A stretch of DNA of 64,000 nucleotides. It comes from Marsupella aquatica. Lineage: Eukaryota; Plantae; Marchantiophyta. The notes beneath the pieces were generated by a model. That model saw nothing but the letters and a program-made list of their open reading frames with translations, had not been told where the DNA came from and did not search any database. A program made the position numbers and the translations under genes. Position 1 is the first letter of the stretch. The number at the start of each line of letters is the position of its first letter. Location of the stretch: positions 26,125,233 through 26,189,232 of the forward strand of contig OZ316892.1 of assembly GCA_973895155.1 (NCBI GenBank), in the 5' to 3' direction. Positions 24,255 through 35,937 of the stretch are shown here, one piece after another.

Positions 24255-27003
24255 TTATCGAATTGGATGATATTGACTTGTGTTAAGCCGCTTTGGAGGC
24301 AGCTTTCGCAAGATGTATAGAACAAGTGCAGAGGGAATAATCTCTGTCAACTGTTACAACAGATAAAACGAGGTTCAGAAATCAAATCCATAACATCGGT
24401 TCAGACACAGAAAAAAAGTCATTAACTGATTTTCAAGAACCAATACAACACCTACAGAACTCACAACAAGCCACTATTGCTCTAGTATCAGCATTCCATG
24501 CCGAAAGTATGATGACCAGCTTTCATTTTCATACCGTATAATAGATGGCATTTAGGATTGGATGATCAAGCACATCCAAGTTCGCTTCCTTGTTAAAGAT
24601 GGAAAATGACATCTGCACCACAGTTGCAACAAATATATCAGATCGCAAAAGTGGCATATCCACTCCCAACGTGCCTTCGCTGGAAACAGGACAACTATCT
24701 CGTCGGTACAATGTCATTCCAACTATATAGAAGTGACCACGAACCAGGATATGTTTAGAAATCAATATCCAATTTCTCAACATAATCAACAGTTCATAAC
24801 GCAACGAACACTTGCAATTTAGCAAATTAGATATGACTCATCAACTTACCCACCAGCGGCTACCACATGTGCTTGGCTTCGACAGACTCGACGTGGAAAG
24901 GGAAGACAATGACCAGCAGAGCTAATGCATATCAGACAGAAGATACCACCTCAATAAACGCGAAAGTAAGCAAAAGATCAGGTTTACTTACAATCACTGA
25001 TCGAATTGTGAAGCAAGTGAAACAGATAGCAGTAACGCAACCGACCTATACATCCAGAACAATTGATGTCAGTTGACAAATAAATACACGGACATTCTGT
25101 GCTAAAGAGCAAGTATTGTTCATTCGGTAATGCCTGCGGCATCACAGACAAGGAAGTGAAGGTGGACCACAATAGACTTTACCTCCCGCAACTTTTTCCG
25201 GCGGCCCTTCGACTCAATAGGAAATCTCCGTAGCATGAGGAAAAGCCTGTTAAACAAGACAATTTGAAAGCCGTTATGCCAGAGCAAGCAGACCAGAAAA
25301 AATGCCACAGTGACACCAGAGCCTCATCCAACTGTGTAGATGATGTCAGATCTTACCTGCCCCCATATAGCAAAAAGCCAATAGCAGCGACGAGTGAGAC
25401 AACTGCATAAACAGAACACATTTTTCATTAATTTCCTGGTAGAACAGCCAGCTGACAATTATTCAGTGCAAGAACTTCGCAAAAATTGACTAACAGCAAA
25501 ACTTCACACCAGTCACACTAGGTAATAATATCCAGCGAAGAACGACCCCTAAACTAACACGGTCGGACTCAAAAGTATGAGCCCAAGTGACACCTTAGTA
25601 CTTAAGTGTTTCCTTGACAACACATACACATGGGAAAACGGATTGACGTTTTGATTCAGACCAGGACAACCGCCCTTTGCTTGTTCTTACCAGCAAAGAA
25701 CAACTTTGAAACGGTCAATAGCCATGGGCTGGGCATCCACCACAAGTAAACCCAGATGCATGCCTGCAAGAGAGATAAAAATATTAAAATATATACACGA
25801 CGAGCTTTAAAACTTGAAAAGCAATTTTAAAAGAGTGGTACGATGGAAGTGCATGATAACTTCCGCTTAAATGGGAGCCGCGGACACCAAACAAGGTTAC
25901 TCCGTTGAAAACGACAAAATTTACCTGAACAACATAGATGATAGAATTGATGATCAAGAAAGCTGGGCGGAGGTTGTCAGTGGGAAGACTCCGAGCCTGT
26001 CCACACAAATTGCAACATTGTCAACGCCACAATGCAGAAATCCACATCGAATTGGGCTCGCCGAATTTGCGGGAAATGTCCGCAGTAGAACTTAGGGTTT
26101 CGAAGATCTAAACAAGAAAAATACGATGTAAAGAAGTGCAAAACCTTGCTTACCTGGTGGTATATCTCGGCCCAGAATAGCACTAGAAGTGTATAGGTGG
26201 TAAAAAACAGTAGGCCCGGTAGGTCGAGCAACACTGAATGCCAAATCTGAACAAACATAAAAACAGTCATAAGGCACTAATTGATTTGAGAACGTTAACC
26301 TGCTGGGACTGCACACGGAAGCTACAGTCACAACCCGCCTCGCTAGTAGAGAAGCAAAGACGGAAACATCTGTCACAGCCAAATTCACACAATTCAACGC
26401 AAGTGGAGTGATGAATCATATTTGTCGAGAGAAACGGAAACCATACCGCTGGGGCCAAGTACTGAACGTTGTGCCGGAAGATGAAGACCACGGCTCGAAC
26501 TGAGTAACGGCAAGAAAAGATTAGTCTCGCTCCAGCTCCTAGAGGAAAAAAACGCCCACGGCAAGCGAAATCACAGAATTACAATCGGCTCACCTCCATT
26601 GACAATGAAGTTCAATAGATGGAAAACTTTCTGCGTGGTCCACCCGTACTCGGGAACTCTCAACTCGATCCGCACGAGTTGAATCTGCCATGGAAAAAAG
26701 CAGGGTTCAGAAGACTGTCAGCTCCCTCACTCTCCCCAAACCAGATGAATCGCGTTACTTCACCGTCCTAGACCACCTCCGTGACATGCATGTTGAAATA
26801 CTCACTCAAAACACAAAAGCATGCAACTGCGGCAGGCGTTACGAGGCAGAGAAGGCGATTCATACCAGGGCAATGAGAGCGATGACGCCGTAAGCCCCGG
26901 CCAACGAGTAGAAGATGCGATTCTGCCAAACCTCCGATTCATCCACCACATCCCACCAATCGAACACTCCCTGCACCGAGTCTCGAACTATCTCGAGATC
27001 CAT
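24255..27003 (-). CDS. TOM1: TOM1/TOM3/THH1-family multipass membrane protein (DUF1084), 11 coding exons
   Basis: Exon 1 (27003-26866) [31 protein letters not shown]; then [91 protein letters not shown]; last exon [30 protein letters not shown]1 versus TOM3 orthology is unresolved. Confidence 0.92.
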
Positions 27004-27724
27004 GTTTCCCAACCTTTCCTCTGCCGATCCACCGGGCTCTTATCAGTCACTATTCGACCGAATTCCGTACTCCTCTCCCCCGTCACCTACCTCCGCTCTC
27101 TGATGCCCTCAAAACGCCTTCAACCGCGTCCCCCGCCTTTAGCAGATTCTATCCTCCACTCTCATGGACGAAGGTCGACAACCACGAACTCCTCTCCAAA
27201 CTTTTCCTAGCTCTCCTTCTCCTTCTTCTTCTTCGTCTTCTTCTGCTTTTGCTTTTTCTCCCTCCTAGACCGCTATGAGCGCTCCCGACTGCACTTGTTT
27301 AGCGCCCCCTACCGAGAGAGCTACCAAAAGGGCCTTCACAGCACACAGATCACACCGACAGTGGATAAATCTCCGTCTTCGTCATCCGTGCGGCAATCGA
27401 TCTTCTCAAATCTCGCCATAGCGGGAAGAGCGTTGACGCATCACGTCCGCTCTCCTTCTCCGGGCCTGGGTCAAAAATCGGACAGACGCGCTCAAAAGAA
27501 GCGCAGACGGAAGCAGCTGCTGCTGATGGTGGTGGTGGCGATGGTGGTGGTGAGCAATGGACGAGCGATGCACAGCCAACAATTGCGGAGGAGGGAACAA
27601 AGAAGAAGAAGGAAAACTCGAGCGCGAGGAACTCGTGTGAAACATGAAGAGCAAACGGAGAGCAGCAACCCTAGAGCCTAGTCAGTTTACTCCATTCTGT
27701 AAAGCAGTGAGAATGTGGAATTGG

Positions 27725-28660
27725 AAAAGCACTTGGGATGCCCAGATGGACCATAAGGTTCCGCCAGGGAACTCCAATGGACCTCTCGTAACGTCTGACA
27801 GAAAAAAGAGAACAGTGAAAGTACTATCTGAATTAATAGCCATGTTTCAAGTCATGTCCAAGCAGTGAAAATCTCATAGAAGACAAAGACTCAAGACGCA
27901 CATTGACCATAATGGGGTTCCACCAAAGAACCATCCCAGTTTATTAGATGGTCCATCAAAATGTCATGACCCACCTGGAGTCTTTTTTTGTCAAACATTA
28001 TGAACTAAGAAGATACGGACTTGGAATGTCCTAGTTGACCATGAGGTTGCAAACATTATGAACTAAGAAGATACGGACTTGGAATGTCCTAGTTGACCAT
28101 GAGGTTGCACAATGGAACTCCAATGGCCTCCCAATTGAATGATGTTTGGCAGCAGAAATGGAACATTGAAGTACTATCTCTGATTAAAATCATAGTTCAA
28201 GATGGTCTATCCAAGTTGTGGTGGTCTATCTGAGGTCTTTCTTAAAAACTAATGCTGCTCATTTGCTCACATTCTTTGTCAATAGGAATTTCTGGCTTCA
28301 GGGAGAAGGTCAGCGATCAAAAAGACTTCAGTTGGGATAACTACCCAGATGGGTGATCAGGTTCCTGCATGAACTCCAATGGTACTATCTGAATTAAAGG
28401 TACATTCAATCTGAATTAAAAGTGATGTTTCAAGATGGTCCATTGAAATTTTCTGATCCATCCTGGCAATTTGTTTGCCAAATGTTACGGTCCAGGGGGC
28501 TTTCAAGAAGAATGTAATACAAGACACAGACTTGGGATGCCCAAATGGACCATGGAGCTCCACCCTGAAACCGGGCCTGGAACTCCAATGGACCCGAGCA
28601 ACTATGGACCCCAAAAATGGAATAGTAAAGCCTGGTAATACATAAAATGAAAGTCATGTA
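27725..28660. repeat. Degenerate tandem array (~170-200-bp unit) including an exact ~58-bp duplication at 27992-28108
   Basis: Recurrent acttgggatgcccagatggaccat...gaactccaatgg...gtactatctgaattaa motifs near 27730, 27900, 28015, 28075, 28340 and 28530. Confidence 0.7.
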
Positions 28661-31237
28661 GATCTCCCCTTCAATCTCAAGGGATACTTAAGCGGTTAGA
28701 TTCTCTTGGGATTTGTTTTTTAAAAAAATGGCGTGCAAGTGAATGATTAATACTTATCCCAGATTTGGGCCAGCCAAGGGGGAGAGGAAGAAATGCCCTG
28801 CAGGGAAGGAAGACAAGAAAAATATTCTTGGAGAACCATGAGCCATATTTGTCTACCCTAAACCCTAATTCTCCAATCCAAACCTGGACCGTGTAGTCTT
28901 TTCCATAGAAATACCAAAAACTGCAAAGAGAAAAATCATCAAGGGCATTCATTCAGTTGAGATGAGAATATAATACTCCAGAAAAGTTGTGAAGGTGATA
29001 ATATTGGAGCACATTTACACATTTATTGAGATTCCCTCCAAGTTAAAAAAGTCCATGTAGGCAATTGGGAGAACCATTGGGGATAATTTGCTTAATATTT
29101 ATCGGAATTTATCATCAAAGATATCAATGGTGGTAATTCCCTAATTAATTACCTTGAGTGTGGTGAGTGAGAATTGAATTACCTGTTGGATGGTCTTCCG
29201 AAACTGATCACTCAAACAACAACCACCAGTACCCCTGTATATACGGAACAGTTGAAACCTTCCCTAGTCCCCCTATTCTATCTTATCTTGTGTGGGAGTG
29301 ATTCGTTCCAATGTTCAGCTCGTAAACAATAGCATTACTGGTATATCAGTAGGTTATGAATACAATTGTTGTTTGAGACTAGTTCCATACGACTCAAGAA
29401 GTGAGAGAGGGTGAATTCAAGGGACAAAACCAGGCATAACGATAACAATGTGGAAATGTGCAAGCACTGCTAACAAAGACGTGACGTGTTAACCTTTCAG
29501 TGAACCTTAAGATGTGGGAGGACTTCTGGCCCACGGGACAGGAGGGGCTTGTCTCTTGGGTGAATTACAACACCTTGAAAATTTGTCACCTGATGAGTGT
29601 AACTGCCATATTTTGAATAAATAGTGGATCATTAGATCATCACACCATTTGCAGTGGTACATTTTTTATTCACATTTTTTCTAGGTTAAAGGTTTTCTGG
29701 GGTACATTTGGCCTCTTCTTTGGAGTTTGGAATTTAACATTTGTCCTCACTAGGCCCCGGTTGATTTCACTCCTTCGTACTTGGTTTGGCTGTTATCTTA
29801 AATTGGTACTTTTCACCAAAGCGTTGAAAGTTTGCACTTAAATTCTGATGCGCCTTTTACTACTTAACTAGAAGGCCAACATTGTGCCTAAGACCAAATT
29901 ATTGTAGTGAAGGCCAATGTGTGCCCCACACTCGGGTAGGGACAGGGGACTGTAGTAATGGCTAATAAGTTAAGATAGCATGACCTTAGAATGGACCAGC
30001 TATATGGCTCAAGCGGACGGACTTTCCTTCGGAAGGGATGACCCTCGCTGTTCACGAGAAGGACAGCGTTGCATATCCAAAGCCATGCAGTAGGGCAGGG
30101 ACACGAGTCGGTCCTTGCAAAGGACCGCCCCTACCATTTCGCTTAGATGCTGATCCATGGGTTGTTGACTCTTTTGGCATTGATGCGAATTTTAAAAAGT
30201 GGCCTGTGGGAGGATGACACCGAGGTCCCAGATGACTCGTGTGCACCGTCGATGCATGCGATCGACAGCTCATTTTCAATGGGACAATCAATTGCTTTAG
30301 GGAATTACTTTTTGGTTGAGTTCACTAAGTGATTGATTGCAGCAAAAAGTTGCATAAAGCAATCACTAATAAGGAATATTGAGAACATGGGCATCTTGCC
30401 AGGTCCTTACTTTTAATTAACTAAGATTTCCTATCTATTTTGCCCCCGTCGTCAATTCAGTTCCCTAAGGACGTCTCAATGGACTATGTCGTAGTTATTA
30501 CGTTCATTGAATGTAGCTTAAAAACAAGTGATATTTGTTTGTATGTGTGTTACACCTTTTGAAATCCTTTCTTTGGATAAATTCTTAAGTTTGCATGACA
30601 TCTATGAAAAGACGCATTTAAGTAGGATAGTATGGATTTAAAGTAATAAAACTTTAATTATTGCTATACAAACAGACTGTTGGGCTCCCTTGACCTTGAG
30701 GTTTGGATGGAGATGAAGCTTATCCTAACTATATATAATCATGATCGAAACCTACTTCAGGACCTACAGTCTAAAGTGAAGCCTCTATATCTTGATTCTA
30801 GAGGCATAAGTGAAACTATGGTGTGCACGGAAAATGGAGATTGGGGCAGGATGAGTCTCTGAAAATGGCACAGCAAACTTAAATGTCCTTGTCTCTATTT
30901 CTGTTAAAAAAAAAGTCACTCAGGCTAGTGACTCTGTGTCACTTTTATGTCTCTTTTATGTCTGCTCTCACAAGATTTCCTGGAGGGCTATAAGTTCCGG
31001 TTGGAACCAGGTTTGGGTTAATAGGTTCATATGCACAGGTATTCGGCTGAATACCTAAGCTTTGCTAAGAAATAAACACTTAGTATCATTGTGCCCATTT
31101 CCAGTTTCGCCCCCATGGTAACTCTGTCCCCATATAATGCTTCTCTATAGGCTTCACTCGTGACCCCAAGCACTTGTAGTGGTTTTTAATCTTAATTGTA
31201 TCTTACTAATAAATGGCAATGAGAAGCTAGATTTGGG

Positions 31238-31572
31238 GTCTAGGCTTCTAGGGTGAAGTCTCTAGACTAGCTTATTTTTTTAAGGTTTTTTGTTTTTAGT
31301 CATTGTGGCTAATGTCAGCCCCTCTAAGGGAGGAGATGCTAGGAATATTCTTGATCAATCTTTCCTGGATTATATCCTGACTGTCATATATCCCTAGATC
31401 TATAGACTACCGTTAGATTCTGGCAAATGGGGTCCATGATTTGGTGGGAAATTGACAAATGGCATACAAAGAATCTAGCCAATTTTAGCCAAAAGTGGTT
31501 CCTGGAGGTGGGATTTGGCAAAATTGGCACCTAAAAAATACCCTGCTCTAGACCTTCACTCTAGAACCCCTT
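31238..31572. mobile_element. Possible MITE
   Basis: taggcttctagggtgaagtctctaga (~31241) is reverse-complementary to tctagaccttcactctagaacccc (~31548). Confidence 0.35.
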
Positions 31573-32446
31573 CACAATTTATGTGGATGGAGTTATTACT
31601 ATTAACTTTGAAACTTGAAAGAATGGGTATTCAAGCTCTGAAAAGGGTAGGGCTAGTAACAATCTCGCGAGTTCACCCGTGAAAGGGTAAACGCATGAAT
31701 GCACGCTGGTGTGCTTCTTTGCCTGTTGAGGTGAAAAGGCGGCAAGGTCTAGATTGGAGCTCTAAACTGCATGGAAGCTGATTACCCTACTCTTTAGGGA
31801 CAATTAACAAAACTATATCTCAAGGCACCAAAAACTAAAACCTCACAGAAGATATATAATTGAAAAATCTCAGGCAGATAGGGAGCACCAGAAGGCGAGC
31901 TGCCATTCGTCGGGCAGAGCATCATCATCATTCTGCCCCCCCTCCCAATTCTCGAAGTCCACTATGGCAGGCAAAGGGCCACCCAATTGGCTCTCTTCTT
32001 CGCATCTGGTTCTCTCTCTGGTCCCCCTCTTTTGTGGGTTCCAATCAGTCAGCTGCCATCGCTCACTGAAGACCAGGAATCCATTGATTGCCCGCTCTCT
32101 GTTACCATCTCTGTGGGACAGACGACGCCACTCTTGTCCAGACTCCAGACTGGGATAGATAGATTTGGACCATAGAAACAGAGCCAGTGGAGGATGTTCA
32201 GCAGCATTTCAGCGCCCACCAAAGAAAGGACGGATAACAGGTTGACGGACAATGCCGGTGACCAATTGACGAGGAAGCCCACATTCATAGTGGTCAGCTA
32301 CTACAGGGGCCATAGCTCGTTCACACGGAATAGCAGCTGTTGTACCCACTGATTTGCAAAGGTCAACTTGTGGAAAATTTAGTCACCGCTGAAGGTCGTG
32401 AGACGAGAGAGTGGAACTAGAATTCAGGGGGTTTGAGGAGTGAGTG

Positions 32447-35188
32447 ATGGCGTCGGCTGCTGTGTGTATGCAAGGTCTGAGGGGACCGCTGTTGCTCTCG
32501 AGCAGCGGAAAGGCTCTTCGGGGGGAGCCTCTGATGTCTGCTGCTGCTAGCACGCTCACAACAACTGGAGTCTCTCCTTCAGCTCTGAGAATTCGAGCTG
32601 CCACCCAGGGTGGTGGCACCAAGAGTGTGAGGAAGGTTAGTAATTGATTCCCTCTCTCACTGCTTTCTGTTGGCTCTTTCCGCTTCTGCAAGAGTGTGCT
32701 TGGAAACTTGTGGTTCCTCTGCCTCTTGGAGGGAACTGTCACTCTTAGTAGTCCGTCTTGATAGAGGCCTCACAATTGCAGGTTCACAGGTATTTTCCTC
32801 CAGTACTCTTGTGACTAGTACAATGTCGGTAGACGGAACGAGTGAGAATGATTAGAGTGTTGATATTTTGAGTAGAGCTATTTGGAGGACCAAAGGATTA
32901 ATCCGTGTCTGCTCCATTCTCTAATAGATCTCAATTTGTCTTTGGGCAATCACTAGGATGGCTTGGATGAGGCGTCGATTGCATGATCTCTGAGACTACC
33001 ATTTCAGTGAGGATGCAACTGAAGCTTCAGCCTAGCCACCCAATCCTCTCCTTCAGTGTATGCCAACTTGTGTGTAATGAGCTTAGTCGCCTTCGGTCGA
33101 TTAGAGTGGGGTTGAACAGGACCATGCTTGTAATGTGGTCTACGGCCAGCGGTTTGCTTCTCGAGTACTCCGGGTTTTATTAAGGGATGAAGTCTCATCC
33201 GCCATTTTGGCAAGAATGGTAGACTCTTGTCTTTTGAGAAGGATTGGAATTGAAGTAATGCTAATTGGAGGGAAGGGAAAAGGTTCTGATGTTCTCTGAT
33301 TCTGAAAAGGACGGTGATCGAGCCAGCTGCCACAGGGTACATTTGTGAAGCCTCCTTTTCTCCAACCCATTCAAATTCTTCAGACGCCGAGAATTGTCAC
33401 ACTAGGTGGATGAGACTTCAGTGTCCATCTGGTTGCAATGATGAAAGATGATAAACACTATTGATTGCTCGCTCACCTTGACACGTGGGTCTTCCTCTGT
33501 GAACTTTCTGTTTCCTCGTTAAGTTGGCAGTAGATGTCGATCGCAGGTGAGTGATAAATAGGGTAATGGTGACTCAAGATCGGTTATAGCTATCTCTGCA
33601 AGTCAGAGGGCGACATCACTGTCTTTTATCAGAGTGAGGTTTTCGCCTTTTTGCTGGGAGCCAAATTTTTTAAGTATGTGAATGCTTTATGATCGACACT
33701 CCGATTTGGAAGAATGTGCAACATAATGCTGGTCGGAGAGCAGTCTCGTTGATTAAGGGGCGAGGGACTGCAGTTGCTGAACAGGGTAAGTTAAGCTACT
33801 AACGGCAACTACAGTGAGGAAGATGTCTTTAACAGGTCCTTGGAGGGCTTGAACAAGTTTCAAGACCGTAGAGCATGGGTTTACATCCAGTGGACTGTAG
33901 ACACAATTGATGACAAACGGGCTTCATTAAGCTCTTAGTAGATGATCAAGAGCTAAGACGAGAATTGTCCGGGTTGTTGTAGTTGGAGATTTGGTTAGGA
34001 CTTTACCTTTCGTTACCTCATGAATGCAACAGGCAAACGGAAGACAGCCACTTAAATTAAAAGTGTATTGTTCGAGAGCTCTGTGAGACAACGTCTTCCC
34101 CCAGACGTTTGCTGCCCAGTAAGAGTCCGGAGGCGGCTACTTCCTACCAATCCATTGCTCTTGTGTCACCGTCGCTTTGTCGATTGTACTTGACCGAGGT
34201 GGACAGGTTGGAGTGTATGACAGGGTTGGTTTTCTTCATTAGAAACTGCCCAGCACTGAGAAGTGGAATCACATCATGAAAGGGGATAATCAAAGGTGAA
34301 AGAGTAGAATTACCCTCTGGTTTGTCTACATATTACTACGTTGTAAGTGGAACACAGAGTTGGATACTTTTTTGAATCATCTAACCAATCCCGTCTCAGC
34401 CTTTTATTTGACCAAGAGACTGTCGATTTGTACATGACCGACCTCAGACCAACTTGCTCATGTTTATTTATTCTCCTGCTTCCTCTGTATCGGGCATTCA
34501 CAGACACTCGATGTTCTTGTCCCATAGCACGAATCGGTTCTGGTCTAGTTTAAATTCGTTAGGTTAATTGATTGATCCTTCCTTCCTTCCTTTTCGATAT
34601 GAGTAAGGAGAGAATTGTTTCCTTGGTGTTGATCTGCTGTGAGGCGAGGTTATGAATAGATATGCAACTGAAGGGCTATGTGAATGTCATTTCTTCTTGT
34701 CCACGTGTTGCTTTCAGAAGATATTGCTAAATTTCTAGGTGGTGTTTTTTTGAGTGCAGTTGAAAGTGATCCAGCCAGGTGACAAAACTGGGAAATTCCG
34801 CGACAAAGTGACAGAAGAGGCTGCACCTATCAAGCTGCTGTCCAGAGTGGAGCAGCTGAGACTTCTGACCAAGGCAGAAAAGGCAGGTTTGCTATCTGCA
34901 GCTGAAAATGCAGGTTTCTCTCTGTCATCAATTGAGAAGCTCGGGCTCCTTTCCAAGGCTGAGGAATTCGGTGCCCTCTCAGCAGCAACCGACCCCAAGA
35001 CACCTTCGCTCCTGCTTGTAGCAGCTCTGGGTCTCCTCGTTCTCGGTCCTGCTTTCGTGTACTTTGTTCCGGAAGATTCGACTCCTCTTGTAGTAGTGCA
35101 AGTTGTTGTAGCTCTGGTATCTGTTCTAGGAGGCTCTGCCGCTTTTGCTGCCTCGAGCTTTGTGTCAGCTTTGCAAAGTTCTGATTGA
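32447..35188 (+). CDS. RIQ1: DUF1118 thylakoid membrane protein, RIQ1-like; 2 exons: 32447-32635 and 34759-35188 (2.1-kb intron)
   Basis: Exon 1 is a plastid transit peptide ending AAG|GTTAG. Exon 2 has [54 protein letters not shown] and C-terminal [19 protein letters not shown]. Confidence 0.85.
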
Positions 35189-35937
35189 GCACCGTTTTTG
35201 GTCTTGTAAAAACCATTCTTACCACTCATGTATTATCTTTTGATTCTTTGGGGCACGCGGAGTCCATAGTTCTCTGAGACAATTTTCTTTACTGGAGGAA
35301 TGTGATTCTATAGCCTGAACTCGACGCTTCACTCATCTCATTGGAGAGAAATGGATTTGGGTGAGTTTTGAAGGCGTTTCTCCCTTGAAGAAGGTCTTCT
35401 TTTGTAAGAACTCCGACGACTTCATTTGACTTCATCTGTTTTGTGGCATTTCATGTTTTTTGGGGCCAATATAGTACTGGTCCTCGTTGCTGCGCCAATC
35501 TAATAAGAAGGTTGGCTTGAGGTACCAGAAGTAGCGTTTCAAAGAGTTTCTTTACAGCTCGCTGATGTTTTTGAATGCTTCTCCTCTTGCCTTCTGGAGC
35601 TGGTTAGTTATGTGAAGGTTTGATCATGATCTCCAATACTGCGGTAGTTCAATTTACAATCCAGTGAAGAACTCGGTCTTTTCATTTCCATGTGTACCAC
35701 GCAAGATTTGAGGCTGTAGCGAAACCTCTTCAGCTATGCCGATCATTTTGTTGGGACGCTCGTGCAATAATCGTTACTTCTTTTAGAGCAGACGCTTAGG
35801 AATCCTCTCAACTCACATCTTGCAGGAGAGTCTGAGCAATTTATCAAAATGTACAATTTCCCAAATATTATAATCCAATGCGTTGTTCCAATGGCCGGTT
35901 TATCCAATTCATTGTCCCCAATATGCAGAATGACCTT

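Noticed and set aside
34735-35229. Long antisense ORFs over RIQ1 exon 2 (likewise over the RLK, XYLT and the transporter)
   Set aside because: Shadow ORFs of real coding exons.
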